Positions 51,803 through 64,000 of a stretch of DNA of 64,000 nt are shown piece by piece. Each line of letters starts with the position of its first letter. Positions within the stretch are counted from its first letter, which is position 1. The stretch comes from Podarcis liolepis. Lineage: Eukaryota. The translations under genes and the position numbers were made by a program. The DNA lies in the NCBI GenBank assembly GCA_965112155.1, contig OZ218114.1. One strand, written 5' to 3'. The notes under the pieces are model-generated. The model was not told where the DNA came from. It made no database searches and saw only the letters and a program-made list of their open reading frames with translations.

Positions 51803-53839
51803 TATGTGAAAGTGGGTCTCATGGTACAGGTTGGGAGTCAGAGGTGGGTCTGGGGCCTGGACCAGTTGAATACCACTAGTGTAAGTACTTACCTAGCTGG
51901 ATTAATGGTCTGACTCTGACACAGTATAAGGCAGCTTCCTGTGTTCTTGTGGGGAAATGGTGTTCCCTTAATCTGCAAGCTCCCAGCAGGCTAGTGGACA
52001 TTCTTTGCAGCATATTTTACAGGATTGTTTACAAAGGGTGGCATTGATGTTATCCCCATTTTGCAGATAGGAAGCTTGAGAGAACAGCAACATTCCTAAA
52101 GTCTCCTTGCAAGTTACCAACCTAGCTGAAATCTGAAAAGGAACGCTGCTCAGTGTCCACCCTTAGCTCTGTGAAATTCTGGAAATAGCACACTCCAAAT
52201 TATGATGAGGCCAGCTTATACACAGAGGGGGGCAGGCAACCCTACTGAGAAGCCTTCCTGTTACTGGATGCCCTGTGGTGAGGAAGGAGCCAAACGCTAT
52301 CTCTCACACACGGACACAAACACAAACTGAGTGTCTGTTTCACTGCTGCATGCACCTAGCCCTCTCCTCTTCGCCTTCAAAGTCTTGGCAACGTGGTGTG
52401 GATAACAAGCACTCCCCTCGCCCTGAAAGCTGAGCTCAAAGCAACAAGGGATAGGAAAATAAAGCTCACAGGGGGTTATTTGGATTGGCCATTCTACCGT
52501 TCTCTCTGCACAAGGTATTGGCAGAGCCATAAGCCAAAACTCCCTAGGGGTTCATTTGCTATAGACACTCCTATAAATACCTCTTATGACAAGCAAACCG
52601 GGCTCAATGGCATTGGAAGGAGCCACTTTGGTATCATGATGCAGCCACCTTCAGTCTTTTCTGAATAGCTTGCAAAGTCTTCAGCTGGTCCAGACCCACC
52701 TCTGACTCCCAACCTGCAACATGAAACTGTCACATATTCATTTTTGTTTTATACTTAACAGCGCTGATAAGGCACATTATTAATCCTAAAAGGGAAATTC
52801 ACAAAGCAATATACGTAGCTCTGCTTTAGCATTCACACTACAAATGAAAACCCGTGATTTTTACACTTGATCTTAATCACAAAGGTGAGAAGCTATTGAA
52901 AACCAGTGGTTTATTATTATTTTCAAAGGACATTTTTGATGAGACTCCTGGGCAAGTTAATTCTTCCAGATTTCATTCCATTGAGGGGTGATATCAGGTT
53001 AACTTACAACTCATTGCATAAGGCTAAACTTTTATTCTTTTTATTTTTTATTTTGAATGTCAGTGTTGTTGAGGAGCCTTGCTCAGAAAGATGCCAAATG
53101 GCAGCAGGTGGGTGATGGTTTTGCCTGCCAATTCTGGGTATTCTTTAGTAACTGAAATCCAAATCTTTGGAAAATGGTAGTTGCTGAAATTGCACTTTTA
53201 AGGTTGTGTCACAGGAGAGCTCAAGGAATCGTTTCTGCAACTCATGTTAATTCCAGGTAACTCTATGTCCAGTGAATGATGACTGTACACATACCCTCAA
53301 GCAAATTTGATTTTTAGCTTGTGTTCTTGTACCAGGGAAGGATGCTGTGCTGAGCTCTGTGTGTGTTTGTATGTGGTGGTGTAGATTTCAGCCTGTGAAG
53401 GATTTCTTGTTGTTTCTTTTTTGAAGAACATAAGATATGTCTGCATTCTATAATCTGCAGTGAACTCTTATGTCTTCTCGTCTCCAATATCCTTCCATTC
53501 TGGGAGAAACGTCAAAATCCAAAGACATGGTGCAAGCATACACACATACATAATTTTATTTGTATGCTCCGTTTCCACAGTTCAAACCATGCTCAAGGCA
53601 GCTTGCAACATGGCAAAAATACATAACTGCAACATAACAAAAATAGTCATAAACAATAAATAAAACATTTAAAAACATACAACCAAACTGAAAAGTTTCA
53701 ACACAAATCACTAGATCTAAAATTAAACACACACACACTAAACAACATCCCAGCCCAAGAGTCTGTTCAGCAGCCTCGGCTTTTGTAGCTGAAGTCAATC
53801 AGCACCTCACCCAGGCCAGGTAGAAAAGGCGTGCAAGGC

Positions 53840-55991
53840 GGACTTCCGGGTTAGCGCCTCCGGCAATGGCGGATTTCCTCTGATCGGGAGGAATCCGCTC
53901 CGTGGAAATTAGGGTCTGGACCGCCATGGCGAGGCAGAGACCCATCCAAAACCACAGGCGGGAGAAGCCTGTGGACATGGGATTCGGCAGGCACCTTTTG
54001 CGCCTCCCCTACTCGCAGGGAAACCTGGTTTCGGGGATCCGGAGCGACGTGGGGTGAGCGGCGCGGTGCTTCGAATCGATTGCTCTTTTCACGGAGTGAA
54101 GCCGCATTGCTGTTGCCAGGGAGCGCTGACTTTTTCCTGTGGACAATTGGACTTTAAACAACTACCCGTGAGTAGAACGGAAAATTGGACTATGAAATAT
54201 CTTAATTTGGCACCGAAGCGGGAAGGCTCTAAACAGGAAGTCCGCCTTCCGCTTTTGTAAATAGATTGAAGCAAAGACATTGCAAGCTAAAGTCTGGAAA
54301 GACTTTTGTAAAGAACCAAATCTCCATCGGCTGAAACTATTAAACCCCCCATGGAAGCAGGAGAAGAGGGGGGAAATTTTAGATTGTTCAAGCCTGCAGG
54401 AGAGAGAGTAAAGAAAGATAAATTTCTACTGCCTTGAACCTGGGAACGGGTTGCTAGGAAGACAGACATTTCGGGAAAGTCCATTGACTGTGAATAAAAC
54501 GTCTGCTGATAGATAGTTAAAAAAGAGAAACATATTGATTCCAATGTTTCCTTTTGCATTTAAAAGGAACAAAATATTTGAAAAACGAAAATAATTTTGT
54601 TGCTGGATCTGCTTTTAAAAGGACGGATACAAACAGAAATTGTTTCCCCTAGAGGGAGCTTTGAAAACTGTTGTTGAAGTCGATCTGGGGGATTCTCCAG
54701 CTGTAGAGATTAAAGATCGTGAGAACCAGACATTGACCTTGAACAAGAATGTGTCCAGAAGAAGCCTTAGTGATTGCTGTTTGCAAGACAAGTGCTTTAT
54801 TGGAACAGCTACATGAGAAGATGGATTTGATGACTGTTGCAGTTAATAATTTTGGACAAACAGTGAATACCTATATAGAAACCACTCAGGAACCGACCCA
54901 GGAATTTGCTTTGACAGGGCAAGTTGTGTAGAAGACAAAGGAGGAGGTTGCTGATGAACCTCAAGAAATACTTGTGGAGAGAGCCGAGGCTTTGCAGGAA
55001 CATAAGCTGCTGTTTTTGATGACCGAACTTGGAGAAAGTCAGATTTGGAGAGATGGAGTCTCGTTTGGATTGGAGATGGGAAATTGGATAGATCCTCCTA
55101 TGCAGGGCTGTTCTGGCCTCTGGGATCTGGTTTTGCGCCAGGGGGAGATTGGAGTTGTGGGGGCCTTTAACTTTGGAGGGACTTTGAAACATGCCTTGAA
55201 ATATCTTTTGGATTTTAGTGCTGACTATGGAGATTGGGCCGACCTGCCGAGAAGGGATAAAGACATTGTTAGGTTGGAGTCTCCCTGAGATCTACTCCTC
55301 AGTGATAAAGGAAGGAAACTAAGAACAAGATCAGCAGAAGACAAAGTAAGGTGCAGGTATAAATACAAAGAAGACCTGCAGAAGGGACATGGAAGAGTGT
55401 TAAGAGCCTCGGATAGAAGATCACCAGGTTGATGGGCTAAATGGAATGGATAGAAAGGACTGACAGAACCCGAGACCAGGAAGAAGAGACGGTGGATGAA
55501 GATTAGAAGAAAGTTTAAAAATTCATTTAGAGAAATATTGTAAAATTAATGAGTGTTAGAAAAAAATGTTGGAATGAAACTATTTGGCTTTAGTAGAAAT
55601 GCTATAAGGAGTTATGTACAAATAAGTTTTAAGTTTTAGGGCTTTTTATGGCAAGATAAGGTTAAAATAAATTAAGATAATTTAATGACAGAACATAGTG
55701 AAAGACAGAAAGGATTTCCTGAGATAATTAATAACTAGAATATAAAAAAGGGAGGTGTGAGGAGGTCGATGAAACAAGATAACGAAAGATAAAGATTTGG
55801 GAATATTGGATTTGTTTTTAATTCTTTGTTTGCCTTTGTTTTTAGCTTTGGTGTATTGTGTGTTTTGTTCTCTTTTTTCTTTTTATTGACTTGTATTGTT
55901 TAATTTCTTTTTTCTTTTTTTTCTATTTTTCTTTTTTTTCTCTGTAATTTTAAATTCTCAATAAATATTATTTTTTAAAAAAAGAAAAGAA
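53840..55991 (+). mobile_element. Non-autonomous L1 derivative (half-L1/HAL1-like), apparently complete at both ends
   Basis: 18-bp TSD AGAAAAGGC(G/C)TGCAAGGC at 53822-53839 and 55992-56009. CpG-rich 5' end GGACTTCCGG. ORF2-tail homology at 55460-55559. AATAAA at 55960 and A-rich tail. Confidence 0.85.
54749..55288 (+). pseudogene. Decayed ORF1-like frame inside the half-L1
   Basis: ORF calls 54749 and 54974 share a frame and are separated by one TAG (54929-54931), about 180 codons in total. The N-terminal part looks heptad-like (LLEQLHEKMDLMTVAVNNF). Confidence 0.45.
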
Positions 55992-58087
55992 AGAAAAGGC
56001 CTGCAAGGCAAGGAGCAGGTCTTCCAGGCCTCACAGCTAAATTGGTGCAGCCACTGAAAAGGCCCTCTCACTTGTGGCTATGTGACTAACTCCCCCTGCC
56101 AATGGAAGTCAGAGAAGGGCCTTATCTGAAAATTTTAATACGCACACAGCTATCCCAGGGGACAAGGGACAAGGCAGCTTTCTGGAAGGCTGGGTAAAAG
56201 CAAAAAGACAGTGAAGGTAATTGATTCCGAAATTTGATTCTGCCAGTTTAAAACAAGGCTGTTTGCTTGACCTTTTCAGCACAGCATGCCAAGATAACAT
56301 TTGGATCTCACGTGTTAAACCTCTGTAATGACCAAAGGCCTTCTCCTGCGAAAATAAAGCCACAAAAATTGTCTGGGGGCGGATCAGGCCACAGTGTTTT
56401 GTTCCGCTTAATGCCGCAGCCATCTCGATGCTTCTCTGTTTCCTTTCTGCTAGCTCTTAAAAATCTAGAAGCAGGACTGTGACTTTCAGCGATGGAGCCC
56501 TATCTGTGGAATTCTCTCCCCAGAGAGGTACGCCTGGCAATAGCATTAGCAAGTTTTAGGCGCCAGGCAAATTCCTGTTTAGCCAGGAATTTGGCACTTA
56601 ATTAGGATCATATGGCACGATGATCTTTCTTGTTACAGTGTTCATCTTTTTGTAGAGCAAGGTAGGATTTGTCCTTCTCTCTCTAATACTTCATGGTGAA
56701 TACTTTTAGTAAATAATACTGGTTTTTATGATTGCTTTAAACTCATGAAAGTGTATGTTTGCTTGGCTTTTAGCAACTGTAAGCCACTTCATGACAACTT
56801 ATGTAGTAGATAATTAATAAATGTAATAAATAATGACAATGCGATGGAAGTCACCACCTCTGGTGCTTTTAAAGAACGTGGCTCCTGTAGCATTGTGAAG
56901 AAGAGGGAATTTTAGCAGGCAGAGTTTGTCCTGATAAAAGGCATCTATGACCTATGGAAACTTCGTCTGCTATAAAAGCATCAAAGAAATGGGGGGGGGG
57001 AGAAACTGCTCCTCCTTTTTGCATCTGGTCACTCTATCTATCTGTCTGTCTATGCCAAATTAACATTCTGCACACAGAACAGCTGGATTCTGCGACCTGT
57101 AACAATGGATGCAATTTCAGCAAGTTGCAAAACTTCCATCGAACTTTGAACAATTAATTCTGCCCTCCTGGTGTCTCATTTGTTTTGCTTTTTTATGCTC
57201 TGCGCTCTTGATGACATTGGGGCAGTTATATGCGATCCTGCTTTCAATATTGTTTGGGGGCAAAAGTTTTGGGGCAGAAACCTGCTGTTTCATTTCCAAT
57301 CAATGCATGTCCTGTAACTTCTTGCTGTAATCCTGTAACTTTTTTTTTTTACACCAATGTTGCAGAGATGTGTGCGTTTTGTCTTGCTATGGTGCTAGAG
57401 TGATCCTCCAAGATCACAATAATGCAATGACATTGGGGAAGCATTGCAGAACAACCAAGAAAGCAGAATAGCGTGTGGAGATTGCAGTACAAATCCACCA
57501 CTGATGCACTATTACTGTGTCAATAAAAAAATGACAAAAGAAAAATACCAGTCTGAAGGGGGTCCTGTGCTCCTAAAATTTCAAATTCACCCCCTTCCCA
57601 GCTACTAGGAACTATAATTTAAACACATCTTACTGGCTCTTGAGATTGCAGCATGCATTGCCAACCCACTTCTAAGCATATTTTTGCATACATAAGGACT
57701 AGAAACTTGGTTTTTTTAATTAAAAAAATGAACAGTGAGGTTTTCAGGAAGTACTTTTTCTTCAGCCTGCTCCAGACCATGCTCCCCTCCCACTTTATGT
57801 AATCCCGTAGAAATGCATCATGTATCAACAACCCTGAATATATGCTCTAACACATACTTGGGAATTTCTCAATGGTTTTTGAGAAACTTAAAAGATGGGG
57901 GGGTCAGGGTGTTTGTCACCACTCTGCAATGATTCCCCCAAGAAGGCCTTTTGGGACCCCCTTATTAGGGGGTCAGTCATGTCAGGTGTAAATACCGGAG
58001 GAAAAATTCATTAATTGAAAGGCGATATCAAGATCTTGAGGTTTAGCTGTCATTTATGTTTGCAACGGTCTGTTTCTGTCAGCGCCA

Positions 58088-58106
58088 TGGCTCCCCCTTG
58101 TGGCCA
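58088..58106 (-). promoter_or_regulatory. Candidate CTCF site
   Basis: Minus strand TGGCCACAAGGGGGAGCCA versus consensus TGGCCACCAGGGGGCGCTA. Confidence 0.55.
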
Positions 58107-58828
58107 TGCCGTTCACTTGTAGCTCACCCTCTCAGCAGGGAGCGCTGCAGTGAAGTTCTTTTTTCAAAACTAGCTGGTTAGGAATAAAGAAATGTCTTCT
58201 AACGTGCCTCATATTTGCTTATTGTTTAGATTTCAACACGCACAGCCCCCCCCTGCAAAAAAAGAGAAAGGGTATTGAAGTAACTAATCTTCCCCATTTA
58301 AAACAACTTAAGAAAAAAACCAACCCACTATCATTTGCAATTTGCTAGCTCTGGCAGCAGCGAATCCTGTTTTGCCTAATTCAAAGAGACCAACTCTAGA
58401 CACAAAAAGCCCAATCCAATGCATGCATACTCACTAAGCCCCCACTTCAACTGGATAAACTTGGGCTTCTGTCACTCTTCAGTAGCTGCCACCTCTCACT
58501 GACTTCCCTATGTCTTTCTTGAGGGGCACAGAGACCCCTCTGGCTGACTCCTGGGGTTTGGAGATGAAAACCCCTAACTTTGGGTCTCTCCTGGAGGGTT
58601 GGCACCTGCACATTTTTGCGTTTTTCCCCTCCCAACACCCTTCTTAAGGCACTGGTAGTGGGCAGAGCAGGGGAGACTCTGTGGTCACAGCACCAGACTG
58701 GGCTTTTAAGCAAATAACAAATATTTTCTTGACTATCTACAAGTAACAGGATTTTAAACACAAAAGGCACTTTAAATTAAACACAGATAAGGAAAACACC
58801 ACAGGGCACAAATAAAATAACACAAAAC

Positions 58829-59092
58829 TGTTAAGTTGTGGGTGAACATATCAGACGACACAGCGATTCTTCAAACAGCTCTTGTTTATTCACAGGCCAG
58901 AACAGAACTGAACTGAAGGGTTCAGCCAGCCTGCTTATATAGAGCTCCACTAGAATGCAACAGTAACCATTTTCTGTAACTATCCAATCACTGAACGTCA
59001 CTTTCAATCCCTTATTTGCATATGTGGACCTGAGTGAAAACTATCTACAGTATCCCCCTGCTGGCCCAGGGTGAGAACTTCAGTACATAACA
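58829..59092 (-). mobile_element. Solo LTR (264 bp)
   Basis: TGTTAAGT...ACATAACA termini and 5-bp TSD AAAAC. On the minus strand TATATAA precedes AATAAA. CCAAT and octamer ATTTGCAT lie upstream. Confidence 0.85.
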
Positions 59093-60210
59093 AAAACACA
59101 GCTCTTCTGACCCTGAACTGATCTCTATACTTATTTCCCCTTGGGATGAGGTCCAGTTACCAACCTGCAGCCTGGTCGCCTGCCTTCTACAGGTAGTTCT
59201 TTCCACTGCTGCCTTCCCTGGTCCCCAAGGCCACTCTCTGCCGGTGGGCAATTTACAGTGCATGCTGGAGGCACCAACAGGGCTCTGTGAAGTGTGAAAG
59301 ACAGACTTCCCTGCCTGGGAGGGGTGAGGCCAGTGCCAGTCACACGTGCTTGCCTTGCTCTGTTCAAGCCAAGGAGGAAGGAAGGACTGGAAGAGACCTG
59401 GGAGAGCTTGCTTGCCTGGTCTATCTGCCCCAGCTGGCCCCCCACTCACACTCTCCCACTGATTAAAGTGCAGCACATACCACTACTGACCTGACCCTTG
59501 AGCTGGGGAAGGCTGTGCAGCTGGGTGTTGACTCTGGGCCTGCGGACTCTGGCTTCTGAGATGGAAAATTATGGGGTGCGAGGATACTCAACAGCCCAGC
59601 TGGTCGGGGTGCAAGTCCCTGCGGGTCTCTGCAGTTAGCAGAAGAAGGAAGTTCCAGGCAAATACAGGAGCAAAACAGTGGTCAGTAGACCACAATCTTT
59701 ATTGTTGTGCAACAGGTCCCCACATAGAGTAAGAACCCTGAACATGGGTTACAAGCTCTTTGAAGACCTTCCTTCCCTACCCAGAATACATTTCCAGAAC
59801 CACCATTGATACATCACTGATACATCATCATCATGTCACAAGGAGGGAGGAGAGTCATGAGGTTACCCAAGTTCATCAACTTGCCCCTGTCATGAATGAT
59901 CCAGCTGCCAGGGAAGGTTTGCAGCCAGCTCCCAGTGAAGGAAATAGCCAGGAAGAGAGAGGGTTAACTGCCAGACAAGATGAGCATAGCCTAGTGCCAA
60001 CTCCCCCGCCCTTAGGACTGGCAGTTGATAAGAGAAGGACGCTGGCCTGGCCCAGACGAAGAATGCCTGGTCAGGACGCCAAACGCCTGGTCAGGACACC
60101 GAACACCTGGCCAGGATGAAGAAGGTGGTCTTCTTTGCGACACGCCCAGACAACTAGGGCTGTCCATCGATGGTTCGCATTTCTGGGGGGTGGGGGCGGT
60201 CTAACCTCTT

Positions 60211-60646
60211 TGTGGGTAACCCCAGCCTCTCCACTAAGTTCACATTCATAAAGTCTGTAGATGCTCCAGAGTCTGTGAGTGCACACACTTGCTCGCTGCT
60301 CCCCTGGGAGTCATATTGTGGCTCACACTGTAATTCCCAGAATCACTGGTCCTGGCAGAGGCCCTTCTACTGCTTTTTCTCCCAGCCCTGGACCTCCGGA
60401 AGGGGCTGGGACTGGTCGTTTCCCAGCAACACATCCTTGCGCTGGGGTCCACACTCATCCCTGACAGGGATCCCTGGGTCTTCCTGTCTGCACACTGTCA
60501 GGCCAAGTGTGTCTCTGAGCTGCAAACAAAACACAGCTGTTTTCTGCCTCTCAGCTGGCCAAACTCCAGGAAAGCACCTCCCCCTGGTGGCACCCAGTTG
60601 CACAGGTTCCTCCCCCTCCTGATCCCCTTGGGGCCAGTGGCTCACA
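60211..60646. mobile_element. Probable solo LTR (436 bp) nested in an older element
   Basis: TGTGGGT...GCTCACA termini with near-TSD CTCTT / CCCTT. Confidence 0.6.
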
Positions 60647-62269
60647 CCCTTAGGAATGGCAGTTGATAAGAGAATGACGGAGGGTGAGCCAGAGCACTGC
60701 CAATGCTCTCAAGAAGAGCAAATTACCGCAAATAGAGAAGGAAGCAGTTCATCAGGTCGGAAAGAGCGAAGAGACAGTCCCTCAGAAAAGGAGGAAGAGA
60801 TGGGTGCTGACCCTCTTAGTCCCAGGTCTTGGCGAATGGGAGGGCTACAGGTTAGGAGACAGGGCAAAAGACGTCAGCGAAAAAAGTTCAGTTGCTTCTG
60901 GGACGAGCGCCACTCTGGGTACCGGAGCAGGTTGCTTCTCCTTTGCCCGCTGGGGAGCGGGCGGGCTGGTGAGGCCCCCTAGATTTAGAGGCCCTAGGCT
61001 TCAGCCTACTTAGCCTATACATAAATCCGGCACTGACAGTGATGTAGAGTGGGTTGCTGGTGCCCAGGGCTTCACGGGGAGGGTGGAGGGTGGGTGGGAG
61101 CGAGGAAAACAGCTGGAGTACGCATGCCCATTTAACTGCGTAATGGTGTCTGTGTCACCCAGGAGATCACAGTCACAGAGTTAGAGGGGTCACTTCCTGG
61201 TTCGCAGAGAGAAGTTCTTTTCAACAGAGCCCAGTGACAGAAGCGCACAGCTGTATGGAGACAACACTGGGTGTTAAAATTTTGTGCCCCTAACAATTCT
61301 GAGCCTGAGGCAACAGCCCCTGTGCCCCCCCTCACATACTATGCCACTGGTCAGGGATGATGGGACCTGTGGTCCAGCAATCTTCAGAGGCCCACAGGTT
61401 CCTTGCTTCTGCTTGAACAGCTTAGCAGGAGGCAGAAATCCAACTGGGGCAGCTTCCTGCATTTCCTTGTGAACAAAATCCCACCTGCTTTTTGCACAAC
61501 AGCTGAGTGCTCTGCATGGGAAAAGTGGCACTGCTATCGGCTTCCATACGGAAACTGCCACCACGTGGAGGAGTATTGGGTGACACCGCATGCCTCATCC
61601 CCAGCGAGGTGTCTGTCCCCCTAGGGTGCATGTCGTGACTGCACATGGTCCCATGCAGCCTGTTCTTGTGCCTGAGAACTGAGCAAATATCACAACAGTG
61701 GAGATGAGTGAGTCAGTGTGTTTTCCCCTTTAATCATCCATGATGTTTCTTGGCTGCCTGAACACCACGCTTGGTTCTCTCTCGCTCCCCAAGAGGGATG
61801 ATGGTTATCTAATAACTGTATTTGGGGAGGATGCTTAGTCACCAAGCCTGATGTGAACCCCTATCTGGCTGTCACAGGGAGAGGAGCGCAGCAGTTAGGA
61901 GGGAAGTGTCCTTAGAAGACTTGGAGGGTTCCTGCTGCGCTGTTCTTCTCAATTAGGTCAACAGTAATAGCAACATCAGGAGCTACTGTGGAAGGGGAGA
62001 CTCTATTTCCCCCAGAACTGATTGGAACTGCTGTCTGAAACTTGAACTTACAGGTACACCAACTTTTTGTTTGTGTTGGTATTTTGGAGGAAGAGAGAAA
62101 AATGCCCCCACAGAAGCTGGTTGAAACTCACATGGTTTAAAGATACTGCATTGGGTGTTCTGCATCTTTTCAGTAATGCTCCTCCCAAAAACCATCTCAA
62201 TATAATACGGACCTTCTCTGGTCAGTCTGAGCCCTCACTTTACCTATGAGATCACCTTACTTCATACAT

Positions 62270-62645
62270 GCCCTCGGACTGTTTTGATCAATGGAACTGG
62301 CGCCACGTAATACCCGTTCCGCAATTGTAAGAACTCAGTCATCTAGTGTGGCTGCACTTTGGAACTCCCTGCCTATTGATATCAGGCAGAGGCCTTCGCT
62401 GCACTCCTGTTGGTGCCTGCTAAAAACATTCTTGCTTAGATAAGCTGGCCTAGATTTTTAGAAAGTTGATATGAGTTCCAATCTATTTTTCATCTATTGT
62501 TATTGTAAATGTTCAAAAGCTTTAAATTATTGTTAATTTTTCCTATTGGTTATTTTTATTTTTCAATCTTTTTTGTGTTTTGAGACTTTTTTTTTGCAAG
62601 CAAGCAGTGTATAAATTTTATGAAATAAAACAAATAATAAAAATA
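62270..62645 (+). mobile_element. Old L2-like 3' fragment
   Basis: GTGGCTGCACTTTGGAACTCCCTGCC (ALWNSLP) followed by an AT-rich tail. Confidence 0.55.
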
Positions 62646-64000
62646 ATTGGGTAGGTGTGAAACTTACAGCCCCAACATCACATATTTTTGTCTTGTCCCT
62701 CCAAGAAACATCCACATCATTAAGGCGTATTTTACTTATTATTAGCATGGTTAATAATTTTACTAAAAAGGGGCTATTTCATTTTTGCACTTCATAAAGA
62801 ACCTAAGGAGAGTCTGCCAGTTCAGGCCAATGGCCCATCTAGTCCAGCATTCTGGTCTTATACGTAGTGGCCAACTGGATGTCTATGAGAAGCCCACAAT
62901 CAGGACGCAAGCACAAGAACACTCTCTTCTCCTGCAGTTTCCAGCAACCGGTGTTCAAAAGCATATGGCTTCCAGCCACAAGGTTTTAGACGAGGGACGT
63001 CCCCAGCCTACCTGGAGATGCCAAGGATTGAAACAGAGGCCTTCCACATGCAAAACGGATGCTCTTCCGTGGAGTTCTGGCCTTTCCCAAATAGGAGCCT
63101 AGGAAACCTTCTACCAAGTTAGACCACTATTGCATCTAGAGCAGTACTGTTTACGCTGACGGAAAGCAGCTCCCCAAGATTTCTCTCAACCCCTACCTAA
63201 AGATCCTGGGGATGGAAGCTAGGACCTTCTGCCTGCAAAACGTATCTTCTTCCACTACAGCTCTCCTCCCTGCCTGCTCTCTTGCAATAAGCACCAAATT
63301 GTAGCACACAATATTTATTCCTCTGTGTTCCCTGCAGTGAGGCTTGAAGCCCATTTTGGGGGTTGTTTGTGATGCTAGGGATTGAACCTGGGAACTCCTC
63401 CATGCAAAGCACATGCTTTGCCACTGAGCTAATGTCTCTCTGGGTTTCTTTGCCTGCCTGCCCTAATAGGGCTTTTCCAGTTCAGACGTTGGTAGTGCTA
63501 TAAAACTCGCATGAGGTTTGAGTTGGGAAATAAATAAAAGAAGTACCTTACAATCATCTTTCTCTCTCTCTACCCCCCAACTTTCTTTAGAAAGTCCTCA
63601 GGCACCTGGAGCGAAGCAGAGAGTGCAGCTCTGCATCCCTTCTTAGCATGAGGGAGTCGCTTTAAAGGCAAGATCCCGCATCTCATTCCCGCTGGGGCCC
63701 ATCCTGGAGGGATCCAGGCGGCTGGGCTGAGCTCCGCGCTTGCAAACTGCAGAGACAGCTGGCCTCTTTTGCAAAATAGCAGCCGCTGAGCACCCCCACC
63801 ATCACGCTGACATCACTCAATGCTTGCCTCGCTGTAGGCAGGTGATATATAAGACAGATGCCACCGTGCCTCTGCTTAACACGTGAAACGCATTTCTTAA
63901 TTTCGTTTTCGCGACGCACGAGTGGCACAGCTCCTGTAAGCGGGGAGGGATCACAAGCTGCGAAGTAAGCGGCGAGCACTTTAAACTGTTTGCTTCTGTT

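Overview
Vertebrate nuclear DNA, most likely a squamate (lizard); this is inferred from the repeat content (BovB, CR1, L2, L1, Penelope remnants, tRNA-headed SINEs, Tc1/mariner and hAT MITEs). The only host gene is JAM3 (junctional adhesion molecule C) on the minus strand. Exon 1 lies in a CpG island at about 37.4 kb and exons 2-7 run down to 5801. All splice sites are GT-AG with consistent phases, and the last exons lie beyond the left edge. Positions 37.9-64 kb are upstream, repeat-rich and apparently intergenic. Most notable observations: (1) a young 5'-truncated L1 flanked by a 294-bp direct duplication instead of a short TSD; (2) a 2.15-kb TSD-flanked non-autonomous 'half-L1' that keeps a 5' promoter, a decayed ORF1-like frame and only the last ~33 codons of ORF2; (3) two minimal hammerhead ribozyme motifs in Penelope-like remnants, one in sense orientation in JAM3 intron 1; (4) a MITE carrying a GC-rich, hairpin-built 60-bp minisatellite; (5) clustered RFX X-boxes in the JAM3 promoter. 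I cannot claim a wholly new biological system from sequence alone. Repeat family names come from recognition, not database searches, and boundaries of old repeats are approximate.
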